A stretch of 64,000 bases of DNA from a virus (Duplodnaviria; Caudoviricetes): positions 64,001-128,000 of IMG/VR virus record IMGVR_UViG_3300032053_000004; one strand, written 5' to 3'. Made by a program: the position numbers and the translations under genes. How positions within the stretch are numbered: the stretch's first letter is position 1; each line of letters begins with the position of its first letter. Of this stretch, positions 18,297 to 27,660 are shown in pieces. The notes below the pieces were generated by a model. It was not told the DNA's origin, ran no database searches, and saw only the letters and a program-made list of their open reading frames with translations.

Positions 18297-18918
18297 AGGG
18301 AAATCTAAGGTTAAAAAACCTGAACCTGTCCCGAAGCCGCAGATTAAAGCGCGTAGAAATTCTGAAATCCCGAAACCGCCTGATCCAAATTCTGAATCGA
18401 TAAAATGGGCTATTGTTGAACTTACTTCTACCGGGGAAAAAGAAAAAAATCTTTCTTTAGTAATCAAATCGATCCGTCATCTTTTGAAGAGCAAAGTGGA
18501 AGTGTTTATACCTTCGGTTTCTCAAAAAGTTAGAGATGAATCTCATATCATGCCATATTTGGAAGGATATATTTTCGTGAGACATACTGAAGGAACGAAT
18601 TATTCCAGAGTTCAAGATACTATGTATTTCAGATCAGTTCTATCTAGACCTGTCGATTCAGCTCGTAAAAGAATTCTTTGTTTACTTGATGATAAAGATT
18701 TGGATAGAACTCGTGACGGGATGAAAAAAGTTGGGTCCGGGGTTTTTAAAGAAAATGAAAATGTTAAAATAGTTAGAGGTAACTACAAAAATTTAATAGC
18801 TCAAGTCATCCAGTCTTATGAAGATGGCCAACACGTTCAGGTTTATGTAAAATTGTCCTCAAAACAGCTTTTGTTAGATTTTCCAGTTTCATATTTGGTA
18901 AAACATGAAGTTGAATAG
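18223..18918 (+). CDS. NusG-family transcription elongation factor (NGN + KOW)
   Basis: WAIV, VFIP, PYLEGYIFV (NGN domain); FKENENVKIVRGNYKN (KOW); start uncertain. Confidence 0.75.
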   Translation: MMVGFYLFRRKNLLVALSKELKVRKGKSKVKKPEPVPKPQIKARRNSEIPKPPDPNSESIKWAIVELTSTGEKEKNLSLVIKSIRHLLKSKVEVFIPSVSQKVRDESHIMPYLEGYIFVRHTEGTNYSRVQDTMYFRSVLSRPVDSARKRILCLLDDKDLDRTRDGMKKVGSGVFKENENVKIVRGNYKNLIAQVIQSYEDGQHVQVYVKLSSKQLLLDFPVSYLVKHEVE

Positions 18919-19858
18919 AAGCATTTTAGTTGATGGAAATAATCTTCTTCATCGTTCTAAATACGTATTTGTTACAAACAGACAAGAAGACCCACTAACT
19001 AATGATTTCGGCTATCCGACTGGTATCACATACGGAACTCTCTCCATACTTTTTTCTTGGATTTCAAAAATGCCTAAATGGGAAAAGGTCGTCTTTTTCC
19101 TTGACGGCTCTCCGACACGTCGTTTGGCTTTATACGAACAGTATAAAGAAGGTCGAGACAGTTCTGAACTTTTTGAAAATAGACCAATAACTCTTTGTGA
19201 TGGGACAGAGTGTCATTCAGAGCGCGATGTTTTAGTTCATATACTCAAACTTGTCGGTATCGATATTTATTTTAATCCAGATGAAGAAGCTGATGATCTA
19301 ATATCTAAATATGTAAAAACTAACCCCGGACATCATGTCATAATTTCTTCTGATAAAGATTTTTACCAATTAGTTGATGACAAAACTATTCTTTATAGAC
19401 CTGATGCACCTGGTAGCAGATTTTATGATTCTGAAAGAATTTTTAAAGAATTTGGAGTTTATCCAGAATTCGTTAGATTATATAAGAGTTTGATTGGTGA
19501 TAAATCCGATAATATAACTGGGGTACCGAGAATCCGTAAAAAAGTTGCTGCTGACTTAAGTATGAAGTATAAGACTGTGGAGTCTTTACTTTCTTCAAAT
19601 ATGTCTGAGTGTTCTGTTAAAGAAAAATCTTCAATCAAAGAACTTGAAGACAAAATTCGTTTAAATTATGAACTTGTCGGATTTTTTGATGAATTTGATC
19701 TATCCTCTTATCAACAAGAAGGTAAATCTGATTACGATTTAGCCAATAAAATATTAACTAAAGATCTGAATATTAAGGATATTAATGTTTCTTCTCTTAA
19801 AAAATCAGAGGGAAGAGTCATAATCTCTGATTTCTTCGGGTCTTTAGATTTAGTGTAA
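18905..19858 (+). CDS. 5'-3' exonuclease / flap endonuclease (Pol I N-terminal type)
   Basis: LVDGNNLLHR, YKEGR, EADDLI, SSDKDFYQL, LIGDKSDNITGV. Confidence 0.93.
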   Translation: MKLNRSILVDGNNLLHRSKYVFVTNRQEDPLTNDFGYPTGITYGTLSILFSWISKMPKWEKVVFFLDGSPTRRLALYEQYKEGRDSSELFENRPITLCDGTECHSERDVLVHILKLVGIDIYFNPDEEADDLISKYVKTNPGHHVIISSDKDFYQLVDDKTILYRPDAPGSRFYDSERIFKEFGVYPEFVRLYKSLIGDKSDNITGVPRIRKKVAADLSMKYKTVESLLSSNMSECSVKEKSSIKELEDKIRLNYELVGFFDEFDLSSYQQEGKSDYDLANKILTKDLNIKDINVSSLKKSEGRVIISDFFGSLDLV

Positions 19859-19866
19859 CATTTGAT

Positions 19867-20076
19867 ATGAGAGATATAGAAATACCAACATTTGAAGATA
19901 TTTATAACATCTCCCTTTTGGTTAAAAACGGATGGAAGCTTATTTTTGATGACAATTGGGAGCATCCTGAAAAATTAAAATATACTCCTAAAGACAAATG
20001 GGACTATAAAGGAGATGAAAGACCATCTCAAGATTACTGGCCTTATGAAGATGCTTTGGAAGAATTAAACAAATAG
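19867..20076 (+). CDS. small hypothetical protein
   Basis: 69 aa; G-TAACAT 5 nt before the ATG. Confidence 0.65.
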   Translation: MRDIEIPTFEDIYNISLLVKNGWKLIFDDNWEHPEKLKYTPKDKWDYKGDERPSQDYWPYEDALEELNK

Positions 20077-20100
20077 ATTGTTTTTTCAGTAGAGTTAAAA

Positions 20101-20204
20101 CGACGCTGTTGCTCTAGTTCAGCGTGATACCTATACAGAGAATTAAATCAGCTGCTCGGCTGAAACCCAGACCAATATTTACACAACGATCGGAAACCCC
20201 GATC
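20101..20204 (+). other. three-hairpin structured intergenic leader
   Basis: ACGCTG/CAGCGT (20103-20125), TCAGC/GCTGA (20148-20163), GATCGG/CCGATC (20188-20204). Confidence 0.3.
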
Positions 20205-20217
20205 AACTGGAGCATTC

Positions 20218-20985
20218 ATGTCCTCACACATTTTGATACAGAACCCTAGTGATATGTCCTCAAGATTTAGTACTCAGGACGGGCTCGGGCAGGAAGAATC
20301 TAACATTGAAGACGCTATGGGGGCTCTTATTGATCGGAGCCTAACCGTAAAAATTGAGGAGATTGATTATAAAAAATTAGAATTTGATGCAGTATCAAAA
20401 TACTTAGATAGAATTCCCGATAGAGAAGCCGATTTGATCCGGTTATATCATCGAGATAAGATGAAGCAAGAACAAATAGCAAGACTTTTTAGTATTACTC
20501 AAGCCGCCGTCTCTTATCGTTTACATCGTGGTATTAAGAGGATTCAATTTTTAAGGACTATTCCGGAACTTGATCAAGAAGAATTTGATGTTGATTTAGG
20601 CCATGTTTTTAATAATCAAGATCGAGAAATTCTTTGGCGGATGTATGAAACGACTTGTCAAAGTGAAATTGCTAAACAGATGGGTTTAACCCAAGGTCGG
20701 GTTCGTCATCGGTTTTTTAGGTCTTTGGCAAAGATAAAAGATCTTATTGCTGGCGAAGTTCGAGAAAAACAAACATATCTCGATGCCTTGAAAAAACATA
20801 ATAAGACGTCTGAGTACATTGAATCTGCTCAAACTGAACTTGATAATTGCATTGTAAATAGTAAATATGCTAGATATTATAGGGTATTCTTTGCCATTAG
20901 TGATAAACATTTCAACCTCTTACATGAGGTGAAATTTCCACAATTTGCTGATCGCGGCGACGCCCAGGTTTTGCCGATCGATTAA
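20218..20985 (+). CDS. protein with two tandem sigma70 region-4-like HTH domains
   Basis: IPDREADLIRLY...KQEQIARLFSITQAAVSYRLHRG and QDREILWRMY...QSEIAKQMGLTQGRVRHRFFR; SD GGAG. Confidence 0.75.
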   Translation: MSSHILIQNPSDMSSRFSTQDGLGQEESNIEDAMGALIDRSLTVKIEEIDYKKLEFDAVSKYLDRIPDREADLIRLYHRDKMKQEQIARLFSITQAAVSYRLHRGIKRIQFLRTIPELDQEEFDVDLGHVFNNQDREILWRMYETTCQSEIAKQMGLTQGRVRHRFFRSLAKIKDLIAGEVREKQTYLDALKKHNKTSEYIESAQTELDNCIVNSKYARYYRVFFAISDKHFNLLHEVKFPQFADRGDAQVLPID

Positions 20986-21009
20986 ATTTTTTTTTGATTT
21001 TAAATTAAT

Positions 21010-21510
21010 ATGAAGCCTTCACAAGTCGCTATGGCTCTACGCCATATCGCTTCAGCTATTCAGGCTTCAAAGAATCCTGATCGAAAGCTTGTGGCCCGGG
21101 ATTTAAAGAAAATAATCTCGGTTTTATTAAACAAACCTAGAGAATTAGTTCACAAAAAATTTGTTGAAGCGTGGAAAAAGATCACGGAACCGTTCCGTGA
21201 TCTGGGTGTTAGCGACGAGCCTCTTTACACTGATCCTAAACAAATACCATCCTCAAAAAGAATAAAATATATTGACTTCGGGGATGGATTGGTATTTGTT
21301 TTAAAAGCCCAACCTGGAGTTTATGATAATAAAGATGAGTATAGTATTATATTAGATTTTATGAATCCTATCACTAAATCAGTTGAGCGAGTTTATACAG
21401 GTCCAAAGTGTACCTTGGGAATAACTAAAGATGAATTTGCTGAAATGGTAGACGCAGCATCTGATATTATGAATAATAATCAAAAAAATAAAGCATTTGA
21501 TATAAATTGA
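21010..21510 (+). CDS. unknown protein carrying the shared 43-aa N-terminal leader (copy 2)
   Basis: MKPSQVAMALRHIASAIQASKNPDRKLVARDLKKIISVLLNKP followed by an unrelated C-terminus. Confidence 0.85.
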   Translation: MKPSQVAMALRHIASAIQASKNPDRKLVARDLKKIISVLLNKPRELVHKKFVEAWKKITEPFRDLGVSDEPLYTDPKQIPSSKRIKYIDFGDGLVFVLKAQPGVYDNKDEYSIILDFMNPITKSVERVYTGPKCTLGITKDEFAEMVDAASDIMNNNQKNKAFDIN

Positions 21511-21544
21511 TGTTTGGGCTTCTTTTAGCCTGTTCCGATGAATA

Positions 21545-22456
21545 ATGTCCTCGACTGTTGTAGGTGGCGGTTCATTTCAGTTCTCATTATCCTCTACTGG
21601 GGGTATTTGGCGCTGGTCTGTTCAGGCTGATAATATTCAAGGTGCTGGTCAATTTTATTCAGTCACTGATATTTTAACTCCATATGGGAAAATCATAGAC
21701 GCGGCCATTCCTCTCCCAGGGAATGTAGTTCTTTCCATGGCTGGTTCAATTGAACAAGTCATGCAACAGTTATCTTCTTATCTGGATGTTATTGGTCCGG
21801 TTATTTTCAATGTCATTGTAACTGAAGGCGGACCCCAAGTTATTGTGGGGGTTACTCAAATTCAGAATTCTGGAGCCATCGGTTCCTTCCTCACAGCTCT
21901 TTCTTCTTCAGATTCTCCTTGGCTGTTTTCTAACCCGACTGCCATAAGCGGGCTTGGGCGTGGACAATCGGGACAGTTTTCTTTAAAGATTAACCCTGGT
22001 ATCCTTTTGTTTACAGATTCGCCATATACCGGTCGCGTAAATCTCCAAAATAGTCAAAATTTGTCTACTGTTATTCCAATATTAGTAAATGTTACAGTTC
22101 TCCCAAGACCGGAAATTTTGGTTTCCCCAATAGTTATTAATCTATTTTTTAGTTTAATAACTGAATCTTCAAATGGTGCTCAACAACTCACTGTGACCAA
22201 CGATGGTCCTGTCGGATCTGTTTTGGATTTCACTACTGCTAAACTACAAAATAATAGCCCCTGGTTGGCTATCATACCCACCACAGGCGGTCCTTTAAAC
22301 GCTGGAGAGAGTTCCATCATAACTCTTTCCCTTATGAATTCTAATGTTCCGAGAATACCCGGAACATATTCTGATATACTTCGGGTGCAATCTTCTACTG
22401 CTTCCAACAATCCTATAGATGTGCCAGTCAATCTAATCGTGACTGGTCCGATTTGA
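21545..22456 (+). CDS. virion protein with two BACON/Ig-like beta-sandwich repeats
   Basis: Duplicated motif ..QIQNSG......SSDSPWL.. / ..TVTNDG......NNSPWL..P.TGG.L..GES; beta-strand-rich. Confidence 0.6.
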   Translation: MSSTVVGGGSFQFSLSSTGGIWRWSVQADNIQGAGQFYSVTDILTPYGKIIDAAIPLPGNVVLSMAGSIEQVMQQLSSYLDVIGPVIFNVIVTEGGPQVIVGVTQIQNSGAIGSFLTALSSSDSPWLFSNPTAISGLGRGQSGQFSLKINPGILLFTDSPYTGRVNLQNSQNLSTVIPILVNVTVLPRPEILVSPIVINLFFSLITESSNGAQQLTVTNDGPVGSVLDFTTAKLQNNSPWLAIIPTTGGPLNAGESSIITLSLMNSNVPRIPGTYSDILRVQSSTASNNPIDVPVNLIVTGPI

Positions 22457-22496
22457 TCCTAAGCTTGTTGTCTTCCGTGTTAATAGGTTAGGTAAT

Positions 22497-22754
22497 ATGG
22501 TACTCAAGATAGAGAATTTCCGGTTTTCATCGAGTTCAGTCGATGATTTCCCATCTCCTGATTCTTCAACCATAAGATCTGCCAGTGGGCGGGTCAGAAT
22601 CGCCAGTTTAAATGATCTTGGTGGTTTCCGTGTCGCAGAAGATGACACTTTAGTTCGTATTTCCCAAAAAGATTTTTGGAAATTAGGTCAAGACGAAAAC
22701 GGGTTTTTCATAGAAAGACTTGTTGATGACGATTTAGGTCCGATATTAGGATAA
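22497..22754 (+). CDS. small conserved-looking hypothetical protein
   Basis: 85 aa, first gene of the head-associated cluster. Confidence 0.75.
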   Translation: MVLKIENFRFSSSSVDDFPSPDSSTIRSASGRVRIASLNDLGGFRVAEDDTLVRISQKDFWKLGQDENGFFIERLVDDDLGPILG

Positions 22755-22757
22755 CTC

Positions 22758-24008
22758 ATGCCTATGGATATCCGTAAAGTAGCTTCCAGAGTTGCGATCG
22801 CTAGTGGTCAAGTTAGGACCGCTGGTGTTATTCAATTCCAAAAAGACCAAGGCCCGGTTCGACGTGACATCCGTGTTGATGGGTATGAATGGACTCCTGA
22901 TAGTCTCCGAAATCTAGCCAAAATCCTGTGGGCGTCTCAAAGAGCCCATAGTTATGCCATGTCGGCGTTTAGAATTTTTTCTAAAATGCCATCCTCTCAG
23001 TTCAGCCCTGATGGTCTCATGGGCGGTCGTGGATATATACAATCTATCAAAGATTTGCGTGCGAATTTAGCAAGCTCTGTTGAAATATTATCTTCTTTTA
23101 CTGATACTGTCCATGACGAGATAAACGCGGATCACTGGCGTACAGCTGGTGATTCAGAAGAAGTTTCAGAAGAAGTTTCGGACGCTGTTGAAGACGCTGC
23201 AGATATTAAAGCAAACCCTGAACAATTTGTAGAAAACGAATATACTGAAGAAATTAAGAATCCGGATCCGGATGATTATAATCCATCTGTTGAGTCGGAT
23301 GAGGAAGAAGAAGACGACGAAGAGGATGAAGATTCCTCCGGATTTTCGCAGACTTCTTCAAAAAGAGAAAAAGACGAAGAATTAAAAAAAAAGTTAAGTC
23401 AATCGGCTTTGCCGACTGATGAGAAAGAACAAAGCGTCGGTCTTTCTGATGTAGAAAAACTGATGCATACAACTTCTAGTTATGATGAAATCATCAAGAA
23501 AAAACATATAATTCGTCGTATTGCCAATTCTATCCAATCAATCCCTGGCGGACTATATCCGAACCCTGTTCTTGATCGTCGTGGCCCGGGAGCAGGTACT
23601 GGAGACTTCGGATCCGGTTATAATCCGCCTTGTGATGCTCCATCCGATGATCCGATGGGCGATGGTATGTCTAGCGGAGTTGAAGAAACTCAGTATTTAT
23701 ATGAAGGTCCTGATGCTAATGGAGATGGCGTTACAGGGTACGATGCTCCAACGACCGGGGATCTGACTAAATTAAAAACTTCTGCGGAAAGAGTTGCTAG
23801 AGTTGAAGGATATTCTTGGCTTCCTGGTTCCAGGAACGAGAAGAGTATGGATTATTATCAAAGAGGTTTATCCGATATTGATGTAGCATGGATGCGCGCC
23901 CATGATTCTCCCAATTTAGGAGAGATTGATCCTGACGCTGTGCAGCGGAGGAAAGATAGGGAAGTTTCCAGTCTATTTTGGGATAAAGGAATAAATCGTG
24001 CCTTCTAG
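22758..24008 (+). CDS. acidic putative internal head protein
   Basis: 416 aa; KVASRVA at the N-terminus, RTAG twice, D/E-rich tracts. Confidence 0.8.
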   Translation: MPMDIRKVASRVAIASGQVRTAGVIQFQKDQGPVRRDIRVDGYEWTPDSLRNLAKILWASQRAHSYAMSAFRIFSKMPSSQFSPDGLMGGRGYIQSIKDLRANLASSVEILSSFTDTVHDEINADHWRTAGDSEEVSEEVSDAVEDAADIKANPEQFVENEYTEEIKNPDPDDYNPSVESDEEEEDDEEDEDSSGFSQTSSKREKDEELKKKLSQSALPTDEKEQSVGLSDVEKLMHTTSSYDEIIKKKHIIRRIANSIQSIPGGLYPNPVLDRRGPGAGTGDFGSGYNPPCDAPSDDPMGDGMSSGVEETQYLYEGPDANGDGVTGYDAPTTGDLTKLKTSAERVARVEGYSWLPGSRNEKSMDYYQRGLSDIDVAWMRAHDSPNLGEIDPDAVQRRKDREVSSLFWDKGINRAF

Positions 24009-25146
24009 TTTACCTACAGAAAGTGCTCTTCCGAAAGCTGTTAAGGATTTCGGAATTGGCCCTTATGATGCTTCTTTATCCGATTCACTTCATGGGGAAG
24101 ACGATGAAGGTCGGGACGGTCCGAAAACATCTTTACCAGATGGTGGCGGATCAACTGCTATCTCCCCCGAACTTTTAATTAGTTATCCATCCAATAGTTC
24201 TCCTAGATCTTCATCTGCATTAATTCCTGGAGACTATGATAGACCGCCCTCTAGTCCTCATGATGACAGAAAAAGAGGAATTTATTTATCTCAATCCAAG
24301 CTTCCTGACGGGTTAGAACCCTCAGCAAGATCAGATTATTATGATCATATGACTACTGGACAAAATGGGAAACATCCTCCCGGGCAAAGTATAAATGATA
24401 TATGGCCCTCAGAAAACTCTGGGGTTTATGCTCAAGAAGATAAAGAGGGATGCGATTCACTCCCATCTCCTAATAAAAACGATTTTTCTCATGGAAATAC
24501 TTTAGAACCTTATGGAAACGCTTGGTCTGGTTATGGGGTTGAAGATTTAAGTCAATTTACTGGAGCTCCGAATGCTCCCGATTTATATTACGAGCAGACT
24601 AACGAGCCGAACTCTGGAGGTACGATTTTGTCGAACATTAAACCGTTTCATTTAAACTCGGTTCTTTCATCTTTCGCAAAAGATGAAATTTCTCTTGGAG
24701 AAACTGTAGATCAATTGGATATTTATTTGAATAGTGCAGACAAGGTTAAATCAAATTTAAAAGTGTCTAAGACAGCCACTGATTTGGAAGCTTCAGGTAA
24801 GCTTGCTTCTGAAGTTTTGAAAGAATATGGGAAGAAGGATTTAACTCGTCGTCAAATCCTTGAATACCTCCAAAATAATGGTCTCGGTCATAAACAGTTT
24901 TTAGCCAGTGATATTATACGGTGTCTTAAACACCGGCATGAAGTTTACGTACAGGATAATATGGATACCTTCCCAATCGCCAAAAACGCTAGTGAGAATA
25001 GTTTAAGAGGTATTCACGCACAGCTCGTGAATCTTCATGTTGCTCATTCTCATATCCCTGAAGCTTCCGAAATTCTTTTAGAGTGCTCTGCCAGGATAGC
25101 CAAATCAATGGCTTTGGCTGAAAAGTCCGAGAGTCAAAATGGCTAA
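23998..25146 (+). CDS. low-complexity putative head-associated protein
   Basis: 382 aa; S/P/D-rich N-half, then KTAT and a helical C-terminal domain. Confidence 0.75.
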   Translation: MPSSLPTESALPKAVKDFGIGPYDASLSDSLHGEDDEGRDGPKTSLPDGGGSTAISPELLISYPSNSSPRSSSALIPGDYDRPPSSPHDDRKRGIYLSQSKLPDGLEPSARSDYYDHMTTGQNGKHPPGQSINDIWPSENSGVYAQEDKEGCDSLPSPNKNDFSHGNTLEPYGNAWSGYGVEDLSQFTGAPNAPDLYYEQTNEPNSGGTILSNIKPFHLNSVLSSFAKDEISLGETVDQLDIYLNSADKVKSNLKVSKTATDLEASGKLASEVLKEYGKKDLTRRQILEYLQNNGLGHKQFLASDIIRCLKHRHEVYVQDNMDTFPIAKNASENSLRGIHAQLVNLHVAHSHIPEASEILLECSARIAKSMALAEKSESQNG

Positions 25147-27055
25147 GAAAATAGACGTATCAACCGGAATTGGTGATATAACGGACATCCTGAATGATCA
25201 GGGTGTTGCGGATCTTTCCTGGTTGAATGTCAGTGAAGCTGACTATAGAGCTTTGGAAACTCTTCCTAAGCAGAATCTTGATATGATTCCTGAGCTTTCT
25301 CATGCCTTGACTAGAGAGCCGGGTAGCAATGTCCCGTTTGTAATTCCTATACGTCCTAATGTTATTGTAAATCAACAACCGAGTCTTGGATGGAGTCCTC
25401 CTCGGGATACAACCTCTCCTGTTCGTGATCGGGTTTCCCGCCTTGTTATGGCCGGACATAAGCCGTCTGAAATTCAAGAGAAGCTTTCTCTTGAATTTTC
25501 TAATAAACAAATTCAGCTAGCCGGCTCCTTGATCAAGGAGGTTATCCAGGAGAGAGGTCTTCTGGGAAACGTTTATATAAATTCTGCTCATTTTCCTCGT
25601 TGTTCTCAAGGTTACTCAGAAGATAAAAAATTCGTAGCTTCTCACGCTAAGGAAGCTCTTTTTATTCTTGCAAAAGATGAGTGTGCTGGGTGCGTATGTG
25701 CTCGAGGCGGTACTTGTTCGGTATTTAAGAAGAGAATCACTAGTTCCATACCATATGATGATAAGACTCTTTCCTATTATTCTCCAAAATTAGCTTCCGA
25801 AGGGAAGACTATTTCTAAGGATGGTAATGCGAAGGTTCGTCTTCGTATGGCCTTCTTGGATAATCCAAGAAGAGTGTCTTCTGAGCCTGTCCTTAGGGTC
25901 CAAGAACAACACCATCCTAAACCCGTTCAAGCATCTGAAGCATCCGTCAAAGCCTATTTGGAGCGTGCGGCGACCCCTTCAACGAAGGTAGAACCTCTTC
26001 CAAGCCCGTCTTATATGGCTTATGCCCGCCGGATGATGGCAGGAGCTAATGATACTAAGATTTTAACCGGTTCCCCCGACCCTGATCTTCGGAAGCTTGC
26101 TGGTTTATATGGAATATTAGGACATACGTATCTAGATATGGATGTTCTTGGAGGATGTCGGAATACCGTTGCTTTTGTTAAAAAATATGGGTCTCCGGAT
26201 TTTATTATTCGCAGAAGAGCTGTTTGTGAAATATGTAAGGGGCTTCCTGACGGTGGTTGTGCCCAACTCTGCCATTCGTCAAGAATCGTTTCCAATACCC
26301 CTACTGTAGGGAAGGTTGCGTTTTTAGGCGCTGTTGAACGAGCAGTTCTTGAGAATCGTTTAACTACTAAATTAGCATCTTCTATTGTTTCTTCAATTAA
26401 ATCTGACTCTAATAATTGGGGTCGTTTAACTGCTACCATCAACCTTTTTAAGCCTGGGAATAAAGAAACCCCTATATATGAAAAGGGCAGCGTTTCTTTC
26501 TTCCATGGGAGCACCAGTTCTGAAAATACTTCTGTCGATATAGACCCTGAAGAAATTCGGAGATTTATATCTCATCTTATGAATACCGGAATGCGTGGTC
26601 AGAGTTTGACTTCTGCAGTCCTTAGTCGCTATACTAAATCAAATTTATCTGAAAATCCTACGGCAGTCCGTTCAGCGGCTGAAAACAATGGAATTCAAGG
26701 TTTCTATTATATAGATCCTACTGCTTATAACGATTACGGTCATGGTTGTACAGCGGGTTCTTCTCAATTTAGGAAGCGCGGAGCTAAATATATATTAGCT
26801 AGTTCTTCTTGCACCGGGTGTGTTCTTCAAACATCTCCTGGATGGTGCTCTAAATATGCTAAAGAAATGATCCGGCAGGTGCCGGAGTCAGTAAAAGCTG
26901 ATTTTAAGAAAAAGTCCCTACCGGTAATTCATGCCGCTGTTGAAAATCCGGTTGAAAAATATCAACTTGATGATGGCATGAATTTCGATGTTTCGGGTAG
27001 TTCGAAATCTGTTTTAGATATAAATATTTCGCATCCTGAATTGCAAAACATATAA
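25139..27055 (+). CDS. protein with three internal 4-Cys repeats (putative Zn or Fe-S)
   Basis: Three copies of G-x-x-G-x-x-Y-[IL]-[ND]...C...CxxC-x6-7-C. Confidence 0.8.
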   Translation: MAKKIDVSTGIGDITDILNDQGVADLSWLNVSEADYRALETLPKQNLDMIPELSHALTREPGSNVPFVIPIRPNVIVNQQPSLGWSPPRDTTSPVRDRVSRLVMAGHKPSEIQEKLSLEFSNKQIQLAGSLIKEVIQERGLLGNVYINSAHFPRCSQGYSEDKKFVASHAKEALFILAKDECAGCVCARGGTCSVFKKRITSSIPYDDKTLSYYSPKLASEGKTISKDGNAKVRLRMAFLDNPRRVSSEPVLRVQEQHHPKPVQASEASVKAYLERAATPSTKVEPLPSPSYMAYARRMMAGANDTKILTGSPDPDLRKLAGLYGILGHTYLDMDVLGGCRNTVAFVKKYGSPDFIIRRRAVCEICKGLPDGGCAQLCHSSRIVSNTPTVGKVAFLGAVERAVLENRLTTKLASSIVSSIKSDSNNWGRLTATINLFKPGNKETPIYEKGSVSFFHGSTSSENTSVDIDPEEIRRFISHLMNTGMRGQSLTSAVLSRYTKSNLSENPTAVRSAAENNGIQGFYYIDPTAYNDYGHGCTAGSSQFRKRGAKYILASSSCTGCVLQTSPGWCSKYAKEMIRQVPESVKADFKKKSLPVIHAAVENPVEKYQLDDGMNFDVSGSSKSVLDINISHPELQNI

Positions 27056-27077
27056 GTTTATAGTATAGTTTTAAAAT

Positions 27078-27647
27078 ATGGGTAATGTTTCGAACCGTAA
27101 TAATGGAAAAATCTTAAGATTACCTGGCGGATCGGAGGTAAATTCTTCAGATATAGGGGCAGAATATGTCGTTGGGCAAGGCGGGGACATGCCTTTGTCC
27201 GAAATCGTTGATCCAACTGACGCTAGTAAAGATTATAGAGAACGTGAGATATTTGTCCAAGATGAACAAATAGTTCAAGCTGTCATCAATAAATCTTCAA
27301 CCTCCGACTTAATTGATATTGTTTTATTAGAAATATCAGAAGAATTATCCCATCTAAAATGGGAGAGAAAACAATCAGCTCTGAATGGGAAATCAACCAT
27401 AAATCATACTATAGCTAGAATAGCTAGTCTTAAACAATTATCTGAAATTTTGATTAAAAGAAAAGAAATTAATTTAAATGATGATTTTAATTTAAAATCC
27501 CCCAAATTCCAAAAAGTATTTGAAATTTGGATGAATTTCTTCTATGACTCTATGGTTAAAGTTGGTGTAGACGAAAAAATCATAGATTTAGTTTTCAATC
27601 AAATGAAGGCAGATATGGTGGATTGGGAGCTTCAAATGAAGTCTTAA
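27078..27647 (+). CDS. helical protein, candidate terminase small subunit
   Basis: Product call rests on position upstream of TerL, size and predicted helicity only. Confidence 0.35.
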   Translation: MGNVSNRNNGKILRLPGGSEVNSSDIGAEYVVGQGGDMPLSEIVDPTDASKDYREREIFVQDEQIVQAVINKSSTSDLIDIVLLEISEELSHLKWERKQSALNGKSTINHTIARIASLKQLSEILIKRKEINLNDDFNLKSPKFQKVFEIWMNFFYDSMVKVGVDEKIIDLVFNQMKADMVDWELQMKS

Positions 27648-27660
27648 TGCTACTACCAAG

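Noticed and set aside
18280-18300. DnaX-NusG fusion by frameshift at the dnaX stop
   Set aside because: It would need a +1 shift; TCG TAA offers no re-pairing site and no stimulator is visible
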